This document shows positions 37,701 to 49,163 of a stretch of 64,000 nt of DNA, piece after piece. The first letter of the stretch is position 1, and each line of letters begins with the position of its first letter. The stretch spans positions 76,510,001 to 76,574,000 of the forward strand of contig OZ076409.1 in assembly GCA_964187785.1 (NCBI GenBank), written 5' to 3'. This DNA comes from Amphiscolops sp. MND2022 (lineage: Eukaryota). The translations under genes were made by a program, and so were the position numbers. Below the pieces are notes generated by a model. The model saw nothing but the letters and a program-made list of their open reading frames with translations, ran no database searches and had not been told where the DNA came from.

Positions 37701-38519
37701 ATATATTGTTTTTGACCTGAAAACCTGTATCTAATACTCATGGTAGATCTTTCACTTTAGGAAAAAAATTGCTACTGCCTGCCTCATTTTGATACTCTGT
37801 GATTTGATAAAAAATGTTTTAAAAGGTCCACTTTGAGGAAATCTGCTTCTTTTTCTATAACCATTACTGTGGTTTTGATTTCCTCCATGAGCAGTGCCAT
37901 CTACAATAACGTAGTATGCAAAACTGGTCGAAAACGATTCGTGGAAATTAAAGATCGGAAAACGGGTCGAAAATTAAATTGCTAAATACTTCTTGGGTGA
38001 AACAGGTCCAACAATAACAGATTACCAATTGGCTGTCGGTAACCAACTTCAGAACCGCCGCTGAGAAAATATGTTGCGAAATGCTACATATGGATTAACG
38101 TTTAAAAACAATGATGCGTGAAATTTTCGATTTTTAAAATAATTTTGCTTTTTTGTTGTATAAGTTTTTGAAACGTCTTTTTTAATGGTTTATACTGCAA
38201 TACTTTTGTCCATAATACACTACAATCACAAAATACTATACTTGGCTGAAGTGATGTTCTGTACTTGCAACAAATTTTCCGTTGCAGACTTTTGACGAGT
38301 TGCTTTCGATTTTTTCTGACGAGTTTCCTTAGATACGAGCAATGAGTTGCACAGTTGCGAAATGCTACATATGGGTTAACATTTAAAAAATTGATGCGTG
38401 AAAGTTACTGTTTCACAAATAATTTTGTTTTTGTTGTATGAATGCTTGAAACGTCTTACTTTCATATTTCACACAGCAATACTTTTGTCCATACTACACT
38501 ACGATCACAAATTGGTACA

Positions 38520-40412
38520 TGTAATGTGCTTCTTCCCGACCATCGTCAAAATTTGAACAATGGGGAAGGTCATCTCTCGAACAGCACCTAACATTGCGGT
38601 TAAAAGCAATTTTGGACTTCCGTTTCGATCTCTCCAAGGGCACGTTCCTTTCCTGCTGAGCCCGATTAAGGACCTCAGTAAATGAAGCCTGCAATTGAGG
38701 CAAAACTTGTTCGTTTTTGGCTTCACTAATGGCTCTTTAAAGTTTCACGTTCACATTGTCCAACAACCCGTTCGTCTCTTGTGTTATTCGTCTATTGATC
38801 TCTCCTGAATGATTCAAATTGTTGTCGGAACTGATCCTACTAGCGGTTTTCCGTTTTCGGCAAATCTCTAAATCTCCTAATCCCATTCTTTCTATAGTTT
38901 GAGTTACTGTTCAAATTGCGATTTATAAAGACTCGCAATTTGTGGTTTCAACTCTTCTAGTAGAGTTTTGAATTTTTGTATCTTCTCTCTCATAAAAATC
39001 TTTACCGATCAAAACATCCATATTTTCTAGGTCAGAAATCATATCTGCCTCTCTTGCTCTCCTAGCCTTATTTTTCTGCTTTCACTAATGGCTCTTTAAA
39101 GTTTCACGTTCACATTGTCCAACAACCCGTTTCTGCTTTCACTAATGGCTCTTTAAAGTTTCACGTTCACATTGTCCAACAACCCGTTCGTCTCTTGTGT
39201 TATTCGTCTATTGATCTCTCCTGAATGATTCAAATTGTTGTCGGAACTGATCCTACTAGCGGTTTTCCGTTTTCGGCAAATCTCTAAATCTCCTAATCCC
39301 ATTCTTTCTATAGTTTGAGTTACTGTTCAAATTGCGATTTATAAAGACTCGCAATTTGTGGTTTCAACTCTTCTAGTAGAGTTTTGAATTTTTGTATCTT
39401 CTCTCTCATAAAAATCTTTACCGATCAAAACATCCATATTTTCTAGGTCAGAAATCATATCTGCCTCTCTTGCTCTCCTAGCCTTATTTTTCTGCTTTCA
39501 CTAATGGCTCTTTAAAGTTTCACGTTCACATTGTCCAACAACCCGTTTCTGCTTTCACTAATGGCTCTTTAAAGTTTCACGTTCACATTGTCCAACAACC
39601 CGTTCGTCTCTTGTGTTATTCGTCTATTGATCTCTCCTGAATGATTCAAATTGTTGTCGGAACTGATCCTACTAGCGGTTTTCCGTTTTCGGCAAATCTC
39701 TAAATCTCCTAATCCCATTCTTTCTATAGTTTGAGTTACTGTTCAAATTGCGATTTATAAAGACTCGCAATTTGTGGTTTCAACTCTTCTAGTAGAGTTT
39801 TGAATTTTTGTATCTTCTCTCTCATAAAAATCTTTACCGATCAAAACATCCATATTTTCTAGGTCAGAAATCATATCTGCCTCTCTTGCTCTCCTAGCCT
39901 TATTTTTCTGCTTAAACCGAATAGCATTTTTTTCATTAAATCGGAGGGTGATGATTTTGAGTAGCTTCAACGCAACGAGGTTTAATGACACTGTGTCCCT
40001 CAGGGAGTGTTTTGGGTAAAACACTCCCTACGGCATGGCAATCACAAATTTAGTTACATGATTAATAAAAATGAAACTTTCCAATAATATTACAGCAAGA
40101 AGTATCTTTTGATTACAAACATCAGTGTCACTTCAAAGTGTAAGTATTATTTCAAATAATTTAGGCATGTAATTACTGCACTTAGGCACGTGTTTACAAG
40201 CATGCGTTGAATTGATACACGCATAAATTGAACTGCACAAATTTTTTGTTTATTAGGCTAGCTTCAAAATGGCCTATTTCGGCACCCTGACCGATATCCT
40301 GTAATAATGTTTTAGCCGGAACCGACCTAAAGACAGGTACTTATTATTTCAAAATAGCAGTTTTCGGTGCGAGTCGTGTACTCTTTGCCGTCACAGGCAG
40401 CAGCCTGCGACA
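38520..40412 (-). mobile_element. Solo LTR (Gypsy) with an internal triplication
   Basis: Minus strand TGTCGCAGGC...CATTACA; flanks gtaca / gtact (4/5); the host repeat resumes across it; carries a decayed ORF (KARRAREADMISDLENMDVLIG ... EEAHY). Confidence 0.75.
38722..39913. repeat. A-b-A-b-A tandem amplification with a 416-bp period
   Basis: 359-bp unit at 38722, 39138 and 39554; 57-bp partial unit at 39081 and 39497; the copies look identical. Confidence 0.93.
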
Positions 40413-40949
40413 GTACTATATTTGGATGAGGTGATGTTTTGTAGTTCACTTTTGTAGTTTTCCGTTGCACTCTTCTTGACTAGTTGCTTTCGACGTGTTG
40501 TTACTGACGAGTTTTCCTAGTTTCCTAAATTGTGACAACTTCCTAGGTTGTGAAATGGTGCTAAATGTCAACCAAATCCAGTCTACATCTAAATGACAGC
40601 GTAATACCTGACCAACAGTTTTGTGTTAAGTTGTGAACTCTTATCTATTACCTTAACCATAGCATTTTTGTGTTATTCAGAATAGAATAAGCCCAAGCAT
40701 TTACTCTTATCTTAGCCATGTATTTAGCCATTAAAACTTGGCGCAGTAAAAACTTTGATGGAGAAAAGAAGAATTTCAGGGAGCTCAAGTTCATGAAATG
40801 ATGAATGTGTCGAGAGAGCGTACTTGGAGACCGAGATAGCACATCAAAAAGTGACGCTACCAACATTCGAAAAGCGAGTTATCCAAGAAACGAAATTATA
40901 GTGAAGAAGTTTCACCCAGTACAGAAAAACGACGTAAAATACAGACTTG

Positions 40950-42480
40950 AAGCTAATGACGGCAGATCGTGAAATGATCGTAAATGAAAGCCTAAAAAGA
41001 CCATCTGGATCAACGTATCATTGACTCGTTCATTTGGGCACTGAGAGATTCTGTTTTACCGGAAGTGAAAAGAACCGTTAGGGATGATGATCGACATAAA
41101 ATAGATATTATACAACTTCACTCGCTATTCCGGCTACATTTCATACTAAAACCAAATAAATTGCACAGCCGAGCAGATTTCTTCGGGATAACGAGAGAAT
41201 CACAGTAGACAGTGTAGTGGAGAAAAATTGCAAATCGAGATTGTAAAACCAGCCGGAGAAATTGCTTCGAAGTTTATGACTATTGATAGGCATATCGATC
41301 GGTGACTACGAACTCAATACAAATATCCCCCAAAGGGACATGTCTATCGAAACTATAACGACACTGATACTGAAACACATGTACTGGAGCCATGGAAAAA
41401 AGGTTGCACCTCTCCAATGATGACCTTGTCCAGTAAAAAAACATCTGAAAATAGTCAAAGAAATCCGGTCCTGGAAGAATGAAGAAAAGACCGCCTAATG
41501 AAAAGTCCAGACAGCAAACAACCGGTGCGGACAACGCGGCGCCTCGAACTGGGACGCGGCAACACATAAGCTCCGCAGAGTGAAGAAATTGTGAATCAAG
41601 GGGACGCTTCAAAAAGATGGGACACTGAAGAGTAAACAATTCATGGAAAAAAAACAACATTATCAACGGAAGAAGACAACTAGGATAAAAACAAAAAATT
41701 TCCACAACTCAAAAAAGTTCATTATAGACAGTGGTTCGCCAGCTACTTTTTTTCAGGCAGCCTATTTAATAAACTCACACTTACCTAACATGGAAGCACC
41801 CAATGCCACTTAAAGAGACGTAAACAATCATGAAATTCAATTTACGGGATAGACAAACAAAGAAACAACTCATTAACCATTAAAAATACCAAGAGTTTTA
41901 TGGAATACTGACAACAAGTGCGCAATGAATGAACTAGAGCTATTAGCCGTAGTATGGGGACTGGAACGTTTAATTACGGGTCTATGGAAAATTGATTGAA
42001 TGGCTAACCAACCAACAATCAGGCAATCGAAGCGCTATTAAAGAGGAACAGATCATACAAAACATAACAGACGAAAAAGGGGCTTGACCGTTTAGCACAC
42101 TTTGATATAGAAGTAGAACACATTGCTGGAAAACACTTAGAGCTGACTGCTTCTTGTGTCGAAACACGGTATCGAAGCCTAACCAACTGAAAACTACGAT
42201 GAAGAACACGTAAGAAATTGCGTAAAATCGTGACTTGATTTCATTAACAATCACGGCAGCTTAACCGGTGCAACGAAGAAAGAATTGCAAACGGAACAAA
42301 ACGAACAGCGTTAGAACCAATCAGAAGAGAGTTACACAAGTGAACCAAAGCCAAAAGGAGACAAACAATATGATCACAATTTGTTGCTACCGCAACAAGA
42401 AACAGTCAATCACTTGAACACCAGTGAAATAAAAGCAAAGAAACCACAATGGACATCACAAGTTTTGGAAAACATCAGAG
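40950..42480 (+). pseudogene. Decayed, deleted Gypsy remnant related to the 7529-14102 family
   Basis: IIDSGSP (~41720) and NELELLAVVWGLER (~41930); DNA similarity to 8090-8200 and 10190-10440. Confidence 0.75.
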
Positions 42481-42486
42481 GAGACG

Positions 42487-43298
42487 ATTTTCGAAAAAAG
42501 TCGCACAATGCCGAAAAAAATCGAAAGGGGGGACCCTTTAGCCTCGTCCGATTTTGTATGTTACGTTAAAAAAGTAAAAAATGAAAGGGGGACCCTTTTG
42601 CACTGATTTCCGCTGACCGGATTTGGCCTTATGGTAGTAGTTTTAGTAGTTTCGATTGTAAGAAAAGTGGCCCAATCAGAGTGAGCATGTAGTCTGACGA
42701 AAAAAAAGAAAAAACAAGACGGGAACGTCCCAAGTCGGCGCCATATCTTAGGCTCAAAAATATTCAAGGAACAACTATTGGAAAAATTTGGAAAAAAAAT
42801 TTTTTTCAAAAAAATTTTTTTTGATTTTTTTTTCGAAAAAAAGTATTTTTTAGGTCGCACAATGCCGAAAAACTCAAAAAGAGGCCATTCAGGCTCATTC
42901 AACGTTTTCTACAAACCGAAAACTTCAAAAAAATTCAAGGGGGTACCCTTTGATAAATTTCGAAAATTTTCGAAAAAAGTCGCATAGTGCCGAAAAAAAC
43001 CCAAAGGGGGGACCCTTTGGTCTCACATGTACTTTTGGAAGCATTAAAAAATTTATGGTTTAGTGCGAGAATCGAACCCACGCTCTCCGGCTGGGTCGAA
43101 GATGGAAGATGAACAAATATGAAAGATGAACAAAAATTGTAAGAAAAGTGGACCACTCAGAGTGAGATTGTCAACTGAAAAAAAAAAAAAACTACTCACT
43201 GTAAGAGTCGGGCTTTTTTCCTTAAGGGAAAAGGCGCCGACTAAAAACTAGCCACTGCAAGAGTCGGCACTTTTCACTATAAAAGCGCCGACTAAAAA
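42487..43298 (-). mobile_element. HINE nested in a HINE (inner copy ~42713-43247)
   Basis: Two consecutive family termini (...ggcgccgactaaaaa ending 43247 and ...agcgccgactaaaaa ending 43298); the inner copy starts aacaagacgggaacgtcccaagtcggcgcc inside an A run of the outer copy. Confidence 0.72.
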
Positions 43299-44860
43299 CT
43301 AGAAAGTACCTTCCTAGGGGTTAACAGGAGTTTCCCCGTCCAGTGATGGGGCCGCGAAAGAAAAAGTTTGCGGGTTCCAGTCCCATGGTAGACTAACAGT
43401 TTTTTTCTGCTTGCAAATGTTCAGACAAGACCAAAGGTTCCCATTGGGTTTTTTTGATTGAATCACAGACCTGTATATGGGTTGTTCTGCACAGTGCTGC
43501 GAATTTTACTTGAAAAAATTCCGTTCCCCAAGAAAGGTTTTCAGGTAGAAAGAAGTCACTTTAAAGCACAAATGGTTCTGTCTTCGACTATTTGGCAGTG
43601 AGATTTTGAGAGTTTTGAGAAACAATTGTTCATGATGATTTAGGCTAGAGCAACTTGAAGTACTTCTCGTTTTTTGACCCTTGAGCTTGTCTGCTTGGCA
43701 ATCTCTGCTTGGCATACCAAAATTTTAACATTGTAAATCTGCATAGATGTTGATTTTTATTGACTTCCTTTCAGATTTTTTCTGGCCAAATAGGATTTTA
43801 GCATAAAATTTTCTTGGGAACATGGCTCTCTTGATAAGATCTTACCATGGTAAAAATGAATACCATGGCAAGATCTTGAAAAGATCTTAGCCAAGATTGT
43901 TCCAATATCTTGCCAAGATTGTTCCATCGCGGGTCAACCCGGGTGGTAAACATGCCAGACTCGAAAAAATGTATGGCAACTTGCGTAGATCGCTGTATGA
44001 TTTTACTCAAAAGTGTTACCCAAGATCTTGGCAAGATATTCATGAATGGTTCGGGATGTTTTCCAGTGAAAAGATACCAACCGCGAAAGTTGAAGGACTT
44101 GTATAATTCAATGTCTTTACAACCAGATAAATTTCAACCCGATGTAGATTTTAATTTAGTCGTCGAACAAAAAGAGGTAATCAAGTAAAAGGAAACAATA
44201 ATAACGATACCAATAATAAAAATCCATAATAATGTGACGAGATAAATTCAACCCGATGTTGATTTTAATTTAGTAGTCGAGCAAAAAGAAGTGTGAAAGA
44301 AAACAATGATAATACAGCTCATAACAGTACCGTAGTTGAAATACAACGAATTCTAGACACCAGATTTTCTAAATAAAGAATACTTTTCAAATTGGGAAGC
44401 AAACAAGACACAGCAAAAACGTTCAATTCGCTTCTTTAGAAATTTTATGCAAACATTCTTTACAACGTTAGTTTCAACAGATATTTAAGTTCGGTTTGTT
44501 TGAATTGCGTTATCTCAAGATAATTTCAACTAACATAATCAACCTGTTTCATCCTCGTAATGAGAGAATAACGTTCAATGTGGCATTTGTAAATTTGCTG
44601 AAGCTCTTCATAGTAGAAGAAAACAATCGAATTTAGTTCCATCTTTCAGTCCTCAGTCGAATCAATCAGATAACGCATGAATCATACGTTCATTTGTTTA
44701 CAAACAGCATGTTTACAATGTAAGAGCTGAAATTTATTGTTGAAATGATCCAGGACACTGCTGTGGACATGGATGTACATGGATGGACTGCTGCTCCCTC
44801 GTCTCTGGACAGAGTTGCAATATTGTGTATCAAATGGTTTTCCCTACAAAATTTAAGCAG

Positions 44861-45136
44861 CCGGGCCTGAAAACTCCTGACCAAGTGTGGTCCCTAGAAG
44901 AGGTTAGCATATTTGTTGTAAGGCTCGGTCGCTTCGCTCCCTTCGCCAACTAGCAACATTGAGGCATGGCCATATGGCACGTCGCTCCTGCAAATAGGGT
45001 ACTAGGGGTATGTGAACATAGCTGACTACGTTATAATAATAATTCGGACAAAATATGCAGGGACCACACTTATAAAATACGGACCACTTTTAGTAAGAAG
45101 AAATCGCTTGGGACCACACTTAGTCAGGAGTACCGG
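44861..45136. mobile_element. MITE carrying the same core as 32430-32575, in inverted orientation
   Basis: 22-bp IR actcctgac(c/t)aagtgtggtccc at 44873-44894 and 45110-45131; possible decayed 9-bp TSD tttaagcag / tttaatcat. Confidence 0.65.
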
Positions 45137-45206
45137 TTTAATCATTAGGGTTATAAACTCAAATGATTATAAACGTTTATAAACGCTTTTTAACAATAAG
45201 CATTAG

Positions 45207-45293
45207 GTTAACTGGATCTTTTCTGTTAATCACCCCCACCAATTTAATCCCCCCAGGGGTCTTGGAGAAATTTACAGAAAAGATCCGGTTAAC
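45207..45293. mobile_element. Miniature inverted-repeat element
   Basis: gttaactggatcttttctgttaat / atttacagaaaagatccggttaac around a ~40-bp spacer. Confidence 0.6.
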
Positions 45294-46399
45294 TATTTGA
45301 TTAAAATCAACAAATGTTTAACAAATGGTATTCACTGAAAATCAATAAAAATCATCAGTCGAAAATGGATATATGTTTCAAAAAATATATGTTGTCGAAA
45401 AGATTTCGTGATTGTCTTTTTTTCCAAATTTTTAGCTATGGCTATGTGAAACAATCACCAACTTTCGGCATTTGCTACTGACTTATAAATGATTGATCTC
45501 CAATGGAGCACGAGTATAACTGAAAAATTGGTAATTAAAAAACAAAAAAGTGCTTGCGTTCACAAAACAAGTGAAATCCAAAGTTTCCGTGTTCAAAAGC
45601 TCCGTGTTCCACTTTCAGACCAGCTCATACCGCGGAAAGTCAATACTTTTCGGACGTTTTTCAAGGAATAAATCTGGTTTTACTATGCTAGTTCATAAGA
45701 GACAAAAACGTCGTACCACGACCAAATATAGAATACATTAAGGTCAAAAAATTATCATTTATGTAAAACATTATAGTCATGCTGTATATCTTCACCAAAA
45801 AAGAAACTTTGTTCATGACAAAACCCTTGTTCGGAAGACTTAACGTTTGCAAGTAAAACTGCTTTTCGTTTAGGCTTCTTGGAATCCGATAAAGTTCTTG
45901 CATATAACTCTTGCAAGACCATGTCCGCAATGCAAGATGTCAATTTGAAACCTTACACGACGTCGTTTTTCTTTTCTAGTTGATTGCAAGGCCGAGAATC
46001 TACATTTTCAGCTCCAACTCCTCCTCAGAAAGCGAGAAAAACACCTCATATCAATCCATTTCTCTGAAAGTGATCGAGGCAATGAAGAAACATTCACTTC
46101 TGATTCGACGGTTAAAAAAATGTTATATTCCGTTTTCTCACGGAACGAAAAATCTTAGTTTTAGCGAAAGGCTTTTCATTTTTCTCCTCCACCAGTCTCT
46201 GTCGACAGTTCTTCAAATTCACTCAGGCCGATTTTGACCAGTTAGAAGGAGTACCCTGGTTTGAGTTTGATGTTCAGGTACTAGCGATACCTGCGTCGCC
46301 CACAGCTTCCCCAGAGTTAAATAAAATGTCTGTTTACGAGACGCTTTGCGGATTGCTTGAAAACACAAATCCCAACAAATAGCAAAACGGCCTACGAGG

Positions 46400-47400
46400 G
46401 CACATACCAACGCCAGGACCTGCCTAATAAGCTGGTAGAAATAGCTGCCCTGATTACCCGAAAGACTGAATAGACGTTACAAACAGATAGACTGGGTAGA
46501 CGTTATTCTTCGGTACACCGAAGAATCAAGGCAGGGCTACCTCTTGCCAACTCAAGTTTCCCTTTATCACTTCAACGGTGTGCTATCAGGGGAGAGGATG
46601 AGCAAGTAGTCGCAGAAGCCATAAAACTGGTCTGGCACATTGCTATGTTATACAAGCACTGGACCTGGAGCTAAATAAGAACGCCAATTCAGCGCATGGA
46701 CTAAAGAAACTGTTGATGGCTCAGAACCGTGATATGGTTTTGACACGCGTTTCCAATCAAGAAAATGGTCGCCGGTGAATCCAACGAAAATCAGTTATTC
46801 TGGAAGACGTGGCCGCTTTCGCAAGAAATCCTTTTTCAAAAAAGATTCACGGTCGCTTTCTAGCGACTGATTTGTGAGCGTCAAGTATCCTCCACATCAA
46901 TGACCACTACACGAACGTCTCTGAATTATATCAATGCCGCAACTATACCAACATGAGCTCTTAACTTTCATGTTGTTATGGGCCATCAGAGCGTTGCGAA
47001 GGTAATAGCTCGACTACCAGATCGTCACACCTGGCCATGTATTTGCCATCATCAAAACTTGGGTCAATGTATCACCTGCCAACAGGTACAAAAAAACAAG
47101 ACGAGGTTTGATTCCATTTGAAAAACATACGAAATGGCTCCTTCAATCAAATGGGCAAGTAGGGAAAACTACAGGAGAAGCAAGCTCACGGGAATTTTGA
47201 TCATCATTGATCAGTTCGCTAAATATCGAAAAGCAGTGTCATGGACTCATGAGAGAAACGACGCTTTCAATTTTTCAGTTTCACAGTTGTTGTGGTCGTG
47301 AAAATTGTTTACATGACATAAAACCCTCAAGCGACTGCAATCAGATGATGAACTACATCTCAACGCTGAAGTTTTTATTGAGTTTAGTATAGCATGGCTA
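46400..47400 (+). pseudogene. Decayed Gypsy integrase remnant
   Basis: MGHQSVAKVIARL...TWP ... CITCQQ (HHCC region, ~46970-47090) and IIDQFAKY (~47205). Confidence 0.55.
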
Positions 47401-47470
47401 ATAACCAAGGTGACATCAACTACTTGTCGGTAGTAGAACACAGGAACCCGTCGACAAAGAGAACCACCTT

Positions 47471-47850
47471 TGTTACAATTTGTTACCGGACTGTTTTAAA
47501 GGGTAGCGGTTTTAGACTTTGTAGGAGTTGACGTAGTTACGGGTGATACATTTTCCGTTTGAGATTCAGAGTCTTCGATGTTCTGGAGATTAACAGATTT
47601 TTTAGATACCGGAGTTATTAGTTTCAACATCTCCTTTTGGTTCGCATGTAAGATTTTAGTCAGGTCAGCTAGAATTTATTTTCTCAAAGACGTTTTCATT
47701 AGATTAGGTTTTCAGACTGAGTTCTAGGAGACTTGCTTGAGCCTGAAACATCATTTCAGCTTGGTTGTTTTTATCTATGGGTGTTTCCAAATCTTGCGAG
47801 AATAGCTTCTCTACAGCTTTCCTTTTCTGGCTTCTTGTGGATATTTTAAG
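47471..47850 (-). mobile_element. 3' portion of an LTR related to 49164-51575
   Basis: Minus strand STRSQKRK...NQKEMLKLI...TPV ending GTAACA, homologous to the ORF at 51164-51575. Confidence 0.6.
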
Positions 47851-49163
47851 TTGAAAAGCGAAAGATCCTTGGACTTTGTGAATTCGTCAAAGAAATTTTA
47901 TTAAACGTTGTATCAACGGGGGTTATGGACTTTGAAAACAACTAACTATCAGCTAAAACTTACATGTCAAACTTACATATATACATACTTTCCTAGAATC
48001 ATTTGTTTCTCACCTAGGTATTGTAAAAATCGGGTTTGTTCACTAGAAACCTCTAGTGGTTCACTTCATTTCAGTCCCGCGTAATTAAATCAGCTATCAA
48101 AAATCCTAGTTACGTCGCTTATCCGTCACCTTTGTTGAATCAATATTTGTTCAATCTTTTACACTTCCTGTTTGAACGTCAGGATGGCGGCAAAATAGGA
48201 GTCTGATTAACAATTTCTTCGACGAACGCACGCCGGCATAAACAATTGGTTAATTTCCCAGTTGGAAGATTTGAAGATTAAAGTAAAAGTATGACACGCA
48301 AAAATGGCTACGCGACTGAATCGGGACAAATGATTTCGAGGCAAAAATATCTGAACACTGACAAAAAGGAACAAATGATGCCGGAATAACACATTCCGAT
48401 TATCACAGATACAAAAAGGCACAAATATGCTTGGGCTCAACACTCAACAGATTATTACATGAATACAAAACAACAAAACCTTAACGGACAACAAATTCCG
48501 TTTCATAGAAAAACATATCAGAACAACAATTGAAGATTGACTTTTCAATAAAACACGTAGTTGTCTCGGTTAATTTCATTGCGATCATAACATCATCATA
48601 CTACCAAAACACTTAGTAAAACAATGGTAAACAAGCCGGGACCGGCCCAAGTCCGTGCCATATCCAACGCTCAAAAATAGCAAAAGGACTTCCAAGTGTC
48701 ATTTTACAGTACTAGAAAATCGATAAACCAGAAAATGCACCGAGTGGTGCGCCGGGTCCCACTCACTCGAGCCACTGGCGTGCCGAAAGAGGGACACTTC
48801 CGTAATTGTCAACTTTTTTGTCGCAGTTGAAGGGGGGCTATTTGGAGGAAAAACAACGTTTCAAAAAAAGTCCCACAATGCAGTAAAAACTGAAAGGAGG
48901 GACCCTATGGAATGTTTAAACACACAATTTGTTGTAAAATATCAAAGAAATTGAAGTGGGGACCCTTTGGAGAGTAAAATTTAGAAAAAAATCTCACAAT
49001 GCAGAAAAAAACTTAAACGCGGACCATTTGGGATTTTTTAACATGCATTCTGTCGCAGAACAGCAGAAAAATTGGAAGAGGGACCTTTGGAGAAAATTTA
49101 TTTCCTAAAAAAGTCTCGCAGTTCCGACAAAAATAGAAACGGGGACCCTTTGGTCTCGCCCGG

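Larger units (their letters stand above)
38073..40560. repeat. Degenerate ~280-bp tandem repeat whose second unit is split by a solo LTR
   Basis: gttgcgaaatgctacatatgg at ~38073 and ~38354; the second unit resumes at 40413 (tactatatttggatgaggtgatgtt). Confidence 0.7.

Noticed and set aside
44300..46200. Crypton/tyrosine-recombinase remnant
   Set aside because: Only vague resemblance in short frames; no R-H-R-Y catalytic pattern could be traced.
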